Counted from the stretch's first letter, positions 29,957-39,669 are shown. The stretch: DNA of 64,000 bases from an uncultured archaeon (GCA_964610875.1 CAZSWP010000001.1:64001-128000); one strand, 5' to 3'. Made by a program: numbers and translations. The notes: generated by a model not told the origin, from the sequence alone.

Positions 29957-30835
29957 TTGGGGTTTGTAATGAAATCTGTTAGAAGGAAAACAATTTTAGC
30001 AGTGGTAGTATCAATTATTTTTCTTGCTTATGTATCTCCAATTCCCGAAGCAAGAATATCTGAACAATTAGACATGGCTAATGATATAAGAATGCAAAAA
30101 TTCCAATTGAACACGGGAGAATTCTCATATAGTGAATCGTTTACGTTCAATGGGACTGATTTTACTTTGTCAATAGTTGGCGAGGTTATAGAGAACTCAG
30201 ATTCAAATGTGGCTCAATATAGTGTAGTAGCAACTAGCCAAGATAAGGCAGGTAGAATCACATTAATTTTGGATAACAATTTTACTCAAGAACTTCCATC
30301 AGATATTTGTTTTATCGATGATAGACCTCTTAGAAACAATATTCTTGCATTAGATGATTATGGAACATTTCAGTATTACTACTGGTATACTGCAAAGATG
30401 GTTAAGGTTCCAGGTAGCACAATCCAAGAGGTTAAGTATGATCACCCAGATAATTACTACTATCGCTACTATCATCCACAAGAGTGGAATCTGAATTGGA
30501 AAAGAGCAATGCAAACCAATTATGGTATGATTCATCTCTCTCAGAGTGAAATTAGTAATGCAATAATGCAGGCAGGTATTGTCAATGTTGCTTTAGTAAT
30601 TGCTGATGCAGCTATTGGATTGTATTTTCTAAGCATTTCATCCATGACTTTAGCATTATGGATCATTGCAGGAATTATGGCATTCTTAGCAGTATTTAGT
30701 ATCGCCCTAACAGTCTGGTTGGAATATGTTCTTAAAGCTGAACAAGGAGATGGTTGGGCATATACATATTGGAATGGGGCATACTTACAGGCATCGTATG
30801 GTGGTTGGAAGGATTACTGGATAATATCATGGTGA
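29957..30835 (+). CDS. Exported hypothetical protein with a C-terminal hydrophobic hairpin
   Basis: Signal peptide (RRKTILAVVVSIIFLA); two hydrophobic helices near the C-terminus; AT-rich coding sequence. Confidence 0.7.
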   Translation: MGFVMKSVRRKTILAVVVSIIFLAYVSPIPEARISEQLDMANDIRMQKFQLNTGEFSYSESFTFNGTDFTLSIVGEVIENSDSNVAQYSVVATSQDKAGRITLILDNNFTQELPSDICFIDDRPLRNNILALDDYGTFQYYYWYTAKMVKVPGSTIQEVKYDHPDNYYYRYYHPQEWNLNWKRAMQTNYGMIHLSQSEISNAIMQAGIVNVALVIADAAIGLYFLSISSMTLALWIIAGIMAFLAVFSIALTVWLEYVLKAEQGDGWAYTYWNGAYLQASYGGWKDYWIISW

Positions 30836-31386
30836 AGGTGAGTAATTTGGAAATCGAGAAAGATAGCAATAGAAGCTTTGAGAATTATCTGATATCAGGA
30901 AGATTCGCTTTAATCTTAGCAGTTGAGATTGGTGTCACTATCATCAGTCTGTTTACTGTGTTATATTTCGCATTAACTAATCCTTATGGATTCGATTGGG
31001 GTATTCCGTTGTCTAACTCAATTGTTTTAATTCTCTTTTTTATTGGTAGTACACTAGGTTTGGTAGTGAGTCTATTGCCATTGTTTAAATTAAAAACAGA
31101 TCTCAAAGTAATGGAATCAAAAACACTATCACTTAGCTCGATAGTATTAATCCTCAATCCACCATATTCACTGGTTGCTATTATTGGAGGCTTTCTTTTT
31201 AACATATTCATAGTTGAAATATCTTTTATTCAGTTCGTTTCATTATTCTATAGTTTTGGATTAGGACTCCTGTTTGCACACCTATTGTTCTTTGTCTTTG
31301 AATCACGGTATTGGTCATTTACACCAAATAAAAACGAAGATATCGAAAGTAAAATTCGCATAATCTCATATACATTGAAACGCTGA
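30829..31386 (+). CDS. Small polytopic membrane protein
   Basis: ATG at 30829 overlaps the upstream stop; 4-5 TM segments; AT-rich. Confidence 0.65.
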   Translation: MVKVSNLEIEKDSNRSFENYLISGRFALILAVEIGVTIISLFTVLYFALTNPYGFDWGIPLSNSIVLILFFIGSTLGLVVSLLPLFKLKTDLKVMESKTLSLSSIVLILNPPYSLVAIIGGFLFNIFIVEISFIQFVSLFYSFGLGLLFAHLLFFVFESRYWSFTPNKNEDIESKIRIISYTLKR

Positions 31387-31732
31387 TATAATGATGAACA
31401 TAATTCAAATCAAGGATTCAAGCTTTCTTCAAATCAACTTTATAGAACGCGTTCGTTACCTAGTTCTAGCTAAAGGATTTACTAAGGACAGTTCATCTAT
31501 CATTCATACTTTTCATTAGTTCCGCCCCTATTTGTTTTACAGCATCCATGCTGTGCCATTTTCTAGTTTCGCACATGCAACTCACAGTTATACCGTTTTT
31601 CAGCATGCAATTGGAGAAAATCTGAACTAATATTACGCGAACTGTCTAGTGACAAGCTTTTTTAGTCACACAACAATTTCCATCATAAGTTGCGCTTTTG
31701 AAATAGAATAGCGGGACTGGAGACGGGAAACT

Positions 31733-32872
31733 ATGCCTGTTGCGATGCTCCTAATTGACTGGGACTCCAAAGTTGGAGCAGTATTGAAAGCCAAAGTTCC
31801 GAATGATTTTGCGGACTATTACCGTGAGGACTTGAATACTGAAATTATGCGTATTTTCACCTCTCATGCCATGGGTGATGCAGCTGCTGGATTCGCATCT
31901 CTGAGTATTAGAATTGGAGGTGAAGAATACAATGTTGCATCATATTATACTGGCATTGTACGTGAAGAGGAACAATATTGTGTTTCATTATTGCTTACAC
32001 CTTCAGAGGACCCCAAAATCTACGAAGCTGCGATAACCTCTGTTGTTTCTCCAATAACTAACGCAGTTATTTCAATGACTGACCAAGAGCTTCAAGATGA
32101 ACTCGATAATACCTATCGACGAATTATACGATTGGCAGGAATGACCGATGAGTCAAGATTAGCCAGATTATTCTCTGACGAAGTTGCCAGAGCAGTTTTT
32201 CCAAAACTTTGGAAAGGAGGAATAACAAAAGAAGATCTTGAAGAATGGTTAAAAATGGTGACCGGTCTACCTAGTGTGAGTGTAGACTCCATCGTTGCAC
32301 CATTTGAGGAGCTAGGTATTGTAAAGACAGATTGGGTTGACGAAATCGGTAGGTCTTGCGTTTTCATGGTAAAAGATTTAGAAATCTTCAGAGCCCCTCC
32401 TCTGGTTTCAATGGAAGCCGCATCAGACATCATTGACCCAGAACTGGCAGCTGAGTATAAAGGAGAAGTGCTTGAATTCCTAACCGAATGGCAAAAGACT
32501 CCTGAAGATACTGTTGCAGTTGCAGAAATTCTTGCTGACCCTGACTGTTATGACACACTTAGTGTTCTGCGTAGACACCCAGCCAATATCGCAGAACTCG
32601 AAGCAACTCTCGGAATACCTCCGAAAGAACTCAAACAGGCTATTCAGACATTGAAGAAATACCGCGTTGTATCTGAGAAACGGAGAAAGGGTCCCTCTGG
32701 TGAATATGACAAATGGCTATTTCTCCTGAACGATATTCGAGTACGGTTATTCTTCCCTGAATATTTCTTGAGTACGCTAGTATCTGAACTTGAGAAGAAT
32801 CCTGATGACACACGAATGATGGAAATGGTACATCATCACCTCAGATTACTCCGTGACAATTTTCCACGATAG
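31733..32872 (+). CDS. uDENN/longin-like N-terminal domain + winged helices (NPRL2-like architecture)
   Basis: AMLLIDWDSKVGAVLKAKVPNDF resembles NPRL2/uDENN first strands; C-terminal NIAELEATLGIPPKELKQAIQTLKKYRVV wHTH. Confidence 0.55.
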   Translation: MPVAMLLIDWDSKVGAVLKAKVPNDFADYYREDLNTEIMRIFTSHAMGDAAAGFASLSIRIGGEEYNVASYYTGIVREEEQYCVSLLLTPSEDPKIYEAAITSVVSPITNAVISMTDQELQDELDNTYRRIIRLAGMTDESRLARLFSDEVARAVFPKLWKGGITKEDLEEWLKMVTGLPSVSVDSIVAPFEELGIVKTDWVDEIGRSCVFMVKDLEIFRAPPLVSMEAASDIIDPELAAEYKGEVLEFLTEWQKTPEDTVAVAEILADPDCYDTLSVLRRHPANIAELEATLGIPPKELKQAIQTLKKYRVVSEKRRKGPSGEYDKWLFLLNDIRVRLFFPEYFLSTLVSELEKNPDDTRMMEMVHHHLRLLRDNFPR

Positions 32873-32928
32873 GGCCAAATAACAAATCCCGAATCAGACT
32901 ATCTCGGATACAGGTATACAAAATAGAA

Positions 32929-33320
32929 GTCCAATGGCATGTTGAACGGATATTAGTTTCTGGTTAAGTTCATCGACCAATGGAAAGCCTTTTCGATATT
33001 TTGAAACTAGGAAGGTTCATATGGGCTCAATGTGGACGAAATATGACTTCCTCGGAAGTCATCTTCGAAAGCCTGACGCCATAACGTGAGGATTTACCCC
33101 CGTTATAGGAACTCAATTTCGCAACACACGGTTAAACGGTCCCTTGGATTAAGTCCCCGCTTAATCTATAGAGTTTCTACGCATTGGTCCCAAATCGCAG
33201 AGTTATCTGCGACATTGCGCATAACTGAATTCTTCCGCGCGTTATTGGAACAGGCTCTCCAAGGATGCGGATTCGGTTCACTTTTTGTGGTGAGCCGCTC
33301 CGTTTCCAAATTTGTTTTTC
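32929..33320 (+). ncRNA. Candidate large structured non-coding RNA of unknown class
   Basis: More than 10 complementary stem pairs, three long-range pairings, G-U pairs favouring the + strand, and a U-rich 3' tract (see findings). Confidence 0.55.
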
Positions 33321-33481
33321 AATGTCCGTTTCAGAAATGATATTTCATTAAGTAAGAAGAAGGAAGGACTGTACCAACAAAGACAAAATAGGACTATTAA
33401 CGAAGATAACACCCATAGATATAGAAATAGAACGGACAATGAAACCATGTATGACAATCTAAGTGTCCGTTAAGCGAACAG

Positions 33482-35167
33482 GTGACCCAAATGATTCATA
33501 ATACGTTCCTCGTGAAGATGTCTTCTAGAAGTATTGTTGCTTCGTCCCAGTACTGGCCAGTAGAAGTGTTAGAGGATGAGGTATTTGAGTTTCTAGGCAC
33601 AAGGGAGGATCTTAGAAAAGAAGAAGGGCGTCTTGCCAATCTGCCTCTGCTAATTGGAGATGACAAGTTTATCGGTGCTGATGTTGTCAAAGACTTGGTA
33701 CTGGTGTTTGTCAGTGACAAAGGAGAGGAAGAAGCCTCGCTTGATGATCGTATCCAATCTGCCGCTAAAATACTATCAAAACGTTTGGTTGAACATGGTC
33801 TATCTGATGTCCGTGAGAATTATGAATCTTTGATTGAAGGTGCTATCACTACTCGTCTGAAGATAGCTCTTGTTGGAGAGGGTGGTACTGGTAAGACTAC
33901 TACACTTCATCTCCTCCTCGGTGACACACCACCTCTACAATATGTGCCAACAATTGCTCTTAATCTTGAAACAGTCGAGAATATCCGATTTGGTAGTTAT
34001 TCTCTGGTTTTGTGGGACTTTGCTGGGCAGGAGAGATTCAGAACTCTCTGGAGGTTCTACTTCCATGGTGCGGATGTAATTTTTCTTGTATGTGACTCAA
34101 CCCTTAGAAACGTAATAATTAGTAAGGATATTCTCAAACTAATCAAGCGCGACGCTCCAAAGGTTCCTGTGTTCTGCTTAGCGAACAAGCAAGACAAACC
34201 TAATGCGATGAAACCAGAAGTTGTACAGAAAATATTGGGAGTACCAACTTATCCCATGGTTGCAATTGATAAAGGACGAAGAGATGAGATGTTACGTATT
34301 CTGATGACTGCTGCAGCACAGTATGTTGGTGTTGCATTACCTGATGTTCCTGCAACAGAATTACTACGATTTACTGATGAAGCTATCACTGATTTTGAGG
34401 AGATAGGAGAAGAGGAAGAAGAGGCAGAAGAAGACCTTGAAGAGGATGAGGAGTATGAGGTCATCTATGTAGATGAAGAAGGTCATGTAGTTGACGTTGA
34501 AGATGAGGAATATGAGATAATTGAAGAAGAAGAAGAGATTGAAGTAGAAGAAGTACCGAGTATAGAAGATGATGTAGCTATGGAAGAACTTTCTGCTGAA
34601 TCTCATGAAATGGATTTGATTAAAGAAGAAACAGAAAAAATCCTTCCAGAGAAGGAAGAAGTAACTGTAATAGAAGATGTGTCTGAGATTGATGTGGAAG
34701 AAGTTACAATTGAGGATGAAGGTGCAGTTGAAATAGAGATTGTGCCAGAGGCAGAACCGATTCAAGATGAAGAAGATGTATTTGAGGTTCCTGTTATTGC
34801 AGACACAGAAATTAATGATGATGGTCGTGACATTGCTAAGCATATGATTTTTGAGAAACTTGAAGCAGATGAGATAATTTCTGCAGAGATTGAGCGGGTG
34901 GATGAACAAGACATCGACAAAGCCATTGAAGCATTTTCAAGTGATGAAGCTCTGGAAAACGAAGATGATGAACCAGTTGATGTCATTGATACACAAACCA
35001 TGCGGGAATTAGAGAGTATCCTTAGTGCACCATGTGACAATGATGATGAAGACAAGGAACCTGTAACATCAGAAGCAGCAGAAACAAAAGAAGACAAAGA
35101 GGAAACTTACGAAGAGGAATTAGATGAACTTGATGCGCTTTTTGAGTACTATGGAAGTTCTGAGTAG
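33482..35167 (+). CDS. Longin-like domain + Arf/Sar-like small GTPase + long acidic tail
   Basis: GEGGTGKT, PTIALN, WDFAGQERFRTLWRFYF, NKQD; N-terminal ~120 aa longin-like; C-terminal ~260 aa very Glu/Asp-rich. Confidence 0.8.
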   Translation: MTQMIHNTFLVKMSSRSIVASSQYWPVEVLEDEVFEFLGTREDLRKEEGRLANLPLLIGDDKFIGADVVKDLVLVFVSDKGEEEASLDDRIQSAAKILSKRLVEHGLSDVRENYESLIEGAITTRLKIALVGEGGTGKTTTLHLLLGDTPPLQYVPTIALNLETVENIRFGSYSLVLWDFAGQERFRTLWRFYFHGADVIFLVCDSTLRNVIISKDILKLIKRDAPKVPVFCLANKQDKPNAMKPEVVQKILGVPTYPMVAIDKGRRDEMLRILMTAAAQYVGVALPDVPATELLRFTDEAITDFEEIGEEEEEAEEDLEEDEEYEVIYVDEEGHVVDVEDEEYEIIEEEEEIEVEEVPSIEDDVAMEELSAESHEMDLIKEETEKILPEKEEVTVIEDVSEIDVEEVTIEDEGAVEIEIVPEAEPIQDEEDVFEVPVIADTEINDDGRDIAKHMIFEKLEADEIISAEIERVDEQDIDKAIEAFSSDEALENEDDEPVDVIDTQTMRELESILSAPCDNDDEDKEPVTSEAAETKEDKEETYEEELDELDALFEYYGSSE

Positions 35168-35235
35168 ATCCTAATGGCCTCTTCGCAAGACTGATTTAGA
35201 ACCTATTCAGCTAAGGATGAGAAGGAAATCAAACA

Positions 35236-35613
35236 ATGAAGCTAGATGAAGTTGAACCAGATAAGAACGTGGACGAGTTAATAGTAAGGGTTGTGTCTAT
35301 TGCACCACCAAGAATGATTACCACTCGTTCTGGACGCAAGACACAACTAACTGAAGTACTCGTTGCTGATGACACCGGCACTGCAATCCTCTCTATTTGG
35401 GGTTTTAAGGAAGGAAAAGGGCTTCTAGCAGGCAAGGTTATCAAAATTACAGATGGCTGGGCAAAGGAATGGAAAGGCAAGGTTCAACTCTCTTTGGGAA
35501 GATCTGGTAAATTCGAAATGCTTCCAGAGGATGGTACACTCCCCTCAACAAAGGATCTACTTGAACCTAGTAGCGAATCTGGGCCTGAGGTGGATAAACT
35601 CTTTGAAGGTTAA
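35236..35613 (+). CDS. ssb: Single OB-fold ssDNA-binding protein (crenarchaeal SSB/hSSB1-like)
   Basis: VADDTGTAILSIW, GWAKEWKGKVQLSLGR. Confidence 0.85.
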   Translation: MKLDEVEPDKNVDELIVRVVSIAPPRMITTRSGRKTQLTEVLVADDTGTAILSIWGFKEGKGLLAGKVIKITDGWAKEWKGKVQLSLGRSGKFEMLPEDGTLPSTKDLLEPSSESGPEVDKLFEG

Positions 35614-35618
35614 GTTTA

Positions 35619-36104
35619 ATGACACAAGCTTATCTCTCTGGTCCAATCATCAATATCGAGGACCGTAAGGATGATTTCTACACATTGGTAGTAAATATCC
35701 TCAATCAGATGAATGTGAGAGTATTCTCACCTCAATTTCTTCCTCCTGCACCAGCAAAGGAGATCTATGAGCGTGATGTGGAGTGGGTCCGTTCTTCTGA
35801 CTTCATTATTGCAGAAGTATCAAGACCATCACATGGTGTGGGAATGGAAATCATGCTTGCTATAGAACTTGGAAAACCAATAGTCATGTTTAGAGACCGA
35901 TCTTCTAAGGGATTATCAAAGATGGTGTTGGGTGCAACTGGCAAAGTGCTCTTTGAGTATGATGAACCGTCGCAAGTAGAAAGAATATTGAAGAGCATTA
36001 GTTTCAGATCAGTTCAAATTGGTGAGTGTAAATCGTGCACATCGCAGGTTCTCGATGAGAAGGATTCAAAATTGCGATGTGTTCTCTGTGGTACTTTGAA
36101 CTAA
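35619..36104 (+). CDS. Nucleoside 2-deoxyribosyltransferase/RCL-like protein with zinc ribbon
   Basis: AYLSGP, IYERD, AEVSRPSHGVGMEI; CKSC...CVLC. Confidence 0.85.
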   Translation: MTQAYLSGPIINIEDRKDDFYTLVVNILNQMNVRVFSPQFLPPAPAKEIYERDVEWVRSSDFIIAEVSRPSHGVGMEIMLAIELGKPIVMFRDRSSKGLSKMVLGATGKVLFEYDEPSQVERILKSISFRSVQIGECKSCTSQVLDEKDSKLRCVLCGTLN

Positions 36105-36113
36105 CAAGGACTG

Positions 36114-37061
36114 ATGCGTTCGATGAGTCAGGCAGATCTTTTTGAGAAAGACGATTCAAATCTTCGAGTAATCTTGCTTCTTGTTTTGTCTGTGTCAATG
36201 GTTTCAAGTGCCAGTATTCTGATTCGTTTCAGTCAATCACATCCTCTTGTTATTGTATTCTGGCGAACTCTTTTTGGAGCAATTGTGATGGCATCAATTG
36301 GAGTTCTACGCAGGGACTTTCAGAAGTTTGATGATACAAAGGTAAGAAGCAATTGGCCATGGCTTATTCTAATTGGTGTAATTCTATCACTTCATTTCTC
36401 CACGTGGTTTACATCGTTATTCCTTACAACTGTTGCTGCAAGTGTAGTTTTAGTAAATACCAGCCCTATATTCACAGGCATTATATCTACACTAGTACTA
36501 GGTGAATCCCTTAGAAGAAAATCATGGATTGGTGTTGTCATTGCAGTAACTGGTGCCGTCTTTCTTGCTTGGAATGATTGGGAGACCCTTGGAGCAGGAG
36601 CCCTTACAGGTGACATTCTTGCTCTTTTGAGTAGCTTCTTTCTAGCATTATACTTCATAGGAGGCAGAAAGTATGCAAGGGGAATACCAATCACTGTGTA
36701 TACTACAATTGTATACGTTACTGCGGCCTTTGTAGCTCTCGTCATGTGTATGATGTCCGGAATTACTGTTTTTGTACTAGATCCCATTGAGATTGCAATT
36801 TTCGTTGCTCTAGCAATCTTTCCGACAGCTCTGGGTCATTCTGTGAACAACTATCTTCTGACCTTGGTGCCTGCATATGTTGTATCTTCAGCCGTACTTG
36901 GTGAACCTATTGGAGCTACAATTCTAGCTGCAATCTTTCTGTCCGAGATTCCAGCACCATTGACATTCGTTGGGTTTGTGATAATCCTGATAGGAATTGC
37001 AATCGTCTTGTTTGATCTAGCTCGTGAAGAGCAATCTGAATTATCCCTTAATGACTCCTAG
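36114..37061 (+). CDS. DMT/EamA transporter
   Basis: About 10 TM segments; TTVAASVVLVNTSP, LGEP. Confidence 0.9.
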   Translation: MRSMSQADLFEKDDSNLRVILLLVLSVSMVSSASILIRFSQSHPLVIVFWRTLFGAIVMASIGVLRRDFQKFDDTKVRSNWPWLILIGVILSLHFSTWFTSLFLTTVAASVVLVNTSPIFTGIISTLVLGESLRRKSWIGVVIAVTGAVFLAWNDWETLGAGALTGDILALLSSFFLALYFIGGRKYARGIPITVYTTIVYVTAAFVALVMCMMSGITVFVLDPIEIAIFVALAIFPTALGHSVNNYLLTLVPAYVVSSAVLGEPIGATILAAIFLSEIPAPLTFVGFVIILIGIAIVLFDLAREEQSELSLNDS

Positions 37062-38486
37062 TGGTTTCAGACGGACTGCTTTCGTAGCAATACCAACTGC
37101 ATCAGAAACCCGTACGACTTCATCTACATCTTTGTATGCACCTGGAGCTTCCTCAGCGATAACAACACCCTTTGTTGCTTTAACGAGTATTCCTTCTCCT
37201 TCAAGTCGTTTCTGAACATCTTTTCCAAAGAATTCTCGTTTCGCTTGTGACCTGCTCATGAATCTTCCAGCGCCGTGAGCTGTTGAACCAAATGATAATT
37301 TCATACCGCGTTCGTCACCTGTGAGTATGTATGAAGCAGTCCCCATTGTTCCGGGGATGATGACAGGTTGCCCTGTACTCTTGTAGGCTTGTGGTGTTTC
37401 TGGATGATTTGGTGGGAATGCTCGAGTAGCACCTTTTCTATGCACAACTACCTTTGTTTTCTTTCCTTCGATATCGTGCTCTTCCACTTTACCCATGTTG
37501 TGAGCAACATCATAGATCAGTTTCATATCCATATCTTCCGGGTCTGTTTTCATAACCTTTCCAAAAGCCTCTCGTGCCCAATGCATCATTGATTGTCTAT
37601 TTGCGAATGCATAATTTGCTGCAGCACTCATTGCTCCTAGATACGCTTGACCCTCGGGGGAAGTTGTGGGCGCACTACAAAGCTCTCTATCTGGTAGATC
37701 TAGATTGTATTTTCGCATGGCTGTGGTCATGGTTTTGATGTAATCTCCACAGACTTGGTGACCAAGACCTCTTGAACCACTATGAATCATCACTGTTATC
37801 TGCCCTTGTCGAGTAATGCCCATTGCTTTTGCTGCTTCTTCGTTGTATATATCGTCAACAGTTTGTATCTCAAGAAAATGGTTACCTGATCCAAGAGTTC
37901 CTATCTGCGAGAAACCTCTGCTCTTCGCTTGTTGGGAGACTTGTGAAGGGTCTGAAAGTTCTATCTCTCCATTTGCTTCTTGATGATCTAAGTCTTCTTC
38001 CCAACCATAGCCATTTTCAACTGCCCATCGTGCACCGCCCCTAAGTACTTCATCAACACCACGTTTACTTTCCAGTCTGATTTTTCCTTTTCTGCCGACA
38101 CCTGTTGGAACATCATCAAATAATCGATCAATCAACTCTCGAATTCTTGGTCTAACATCGCTCTCATCAAGGTTGGTTCGTAGTACTCTTACACCACAGT
38201 TTATGTCATATCCCACACCCCCTGGTGATATGACTCCAGTTTCATAGTCTGTTGCCGCAACTCCTCCGATGGGGAAACCATATCCCTGATGTCCATCGGG
38301 AAGGACAATACTGTGAGAATAGATTCCAGGTAGTGCTGCTGCATTTGTAGCTTGGTCAAAGGTCTTATCTTGACGCATCTTTTCAATCAAGGGGTCTGAT
38401 GCGTATACCCTTGTTGGAACTCTCATCCATGATTTTGTGTTCTTAGGTATCTCATATATATTCTCAGCGATCTTCTTTAATTCCAC
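37041..38486 (-). CDS. rtcB: RtcB tRNA-splicing ligase
   Basis: PDGHQGYGFPIG, DINCG, GSGNHF, HSGSRG, AHN, HGAGR. Confidence 0.97.
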   Translation of the reverse strand: MELKKIAENIYEIPKNTKSWMRVPTRVYASDPLIEKMRQDKTFDQATNAAALPGIYSHSIVLPDGHQGYGFPIGGVAATDYETGVISPGGVGYDINCGVRVLRTNLDESDVRPRIRELIDRLFDDVPTGVGRKGKIRLESKRGVDEVLRGGARWAVENGYGWEEDLDHQEANGEIELSDPSQVSQQAKSRGFSQIGTLGSGNHFLEIQTVDDIYNEEAAKAMGITRQGQITVMIHSGSRGLGHQVCGDYIKTMTTAMRKYNLDLPDRELCSAPTTSPEGQAYLGAMSAAANYAFANRQSMMHWAREAFGKVMKTDPEDMDMKLIYDVAHNMGKVEEHDIEGKKTKVVVHRKGATRAFPPNHPETPQAYKSTGQPVIIPGTMGTASYILTGDERGMKLSFGSTAHGAGRFMSRSQAKREFFGKDVQKRLEGEGILVKATKGVVIAEEAPGAYKDVDEVVRVSDAVGIATKAVRLKPLGVIKG

Positions 38487-38634
38487 AGTACATCTCTCCG
38501 ATTAGTAATAAGAAACCTCTCGACAGTTCCTATAAGATTTGTGAACTGTATGTTGTTGAGTCTAAGGTGGACCAATATCTTCTATAGTGAGTGATTTTAT
38601 GTTAAAGCAAACATATGGAGGATTGATCAATCAA

Positions 38635-39669
38635 GTGCCTGAAGTAAGATTGACTGCAATGGTTAGAACTCACGGCTGAAGTGTCAAGATAAAGCGGGAT
38701 GACCTGATCCACCTACTCCAAAGGGCTGACCTCTTACCAAAAGATACAACCTGTAAGGACTTGGTTGGCGATGATGCCGTTGTTAGCATCGTTGATGACC
38801 AAATAGCTCTAGTAGAGAATGTTGACATCTTCACACCTATTCATGATGATCCCCTTATCCAGGGAAAAATCATCGCTTGTAATGCCACAAATGATGTCTT
38901 TGCAATGGGTGCGACCAAGATATTATCCCTGCAAGCTTTTCTGGGCTATCCTAAAGAAATGCCGGAAGAAATTGCCATTGATATCTTGAGAGGAATGTCT
39001 ATGTTCATGTCAAATCTTGATTCAAGGGTAACTGGTGGCCAAACCATTCGGAATCCTTGTCCTGTCTTTGGTGGTATCTGTTTAGGAATCACACATCCTA
39101 GTAATATTGTGTATTCATCAGGTGCCAAACCTGGTGATATTGCAATACTAACCAAACCACTAGGTATCCAACCTGCGATGCGTTCCTACCGTGATTTGAA
39201 AGATGAAAAACGCGATAGCTTGCTTAAAAATTTCAATGAAGCGGAACTTGTGAAAATGCAGGAAATTGCTGTGAAAATTATGACAACCAGCAATTTGGAA
39301 GTTGCGAAGGCAATGAATGAAATTGGGGTTCATGCTGCGACTGACATCACAGGATTTGGATTACTTGGTCACGCTAGCAATATTGCAACTCTAAGTGATG
39401 TTGACATAACTATAGATTCTCTACCTGCTATTAGTGGGACTCTAGAACTTGCTGAGTTCTTCGGTCACAAACTGAAGCAGGGCTGGGGTGCCGAAACTGC
39501 TGGTGGAATGTTGATCCTCTTACCCCCCAATAAAGTAGATGCTTTCATGGCAAAACTTGAGAGTTATGGATTATCCAGCTGGATTGTTGGCCAAGCTTCA
39601 AAATCCGCCGATATCTCATCAGCAAAACTTGCAGATGATGTTCAGTATATTGAGACCGAATTTCGATGA
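38635..39669 (+). CDS. selD: Selenophosphate synthetase, selenoprotein (in-frame UGA=Sec at 38677-38679)
   Basis: GTG at 38635 after GGAGGA (ATG at 38599 is also in frame); RLTAMVRTHG-U-SVK, then GDDA, DIFTP, NDVFAMG, LTKPLG, TDITGFGLLGH, ETAGG. Confidence 0.9.

Noticed and set aside
32929-33320. RNase P RNA, SRP RNA or group I intron identity for the structured region
   Set aside because: GAAAGCCTG/AACAGGCT is loosely P4-like, but the GAGGAAAGUCC and ACAGAA...GCUUA consensus, the SRP helix-8 motif and ordered P7 R/S elements were not found; left as unknown class
33086-33340. 84-aa ORF inside the structured intergenic region
   Set aside because: No Shine-Dalgarno, atypical Arg/Ser-rich composition, and it overlaps extensive base-paired stems; more likely a chance ORF
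34364-35097. Long minus-strand ORFs and apparent GAA repeats
   Set aside because: Antisense artefacts and low complexity from the Glu/Asp-rich tail, not a DNA repeat array
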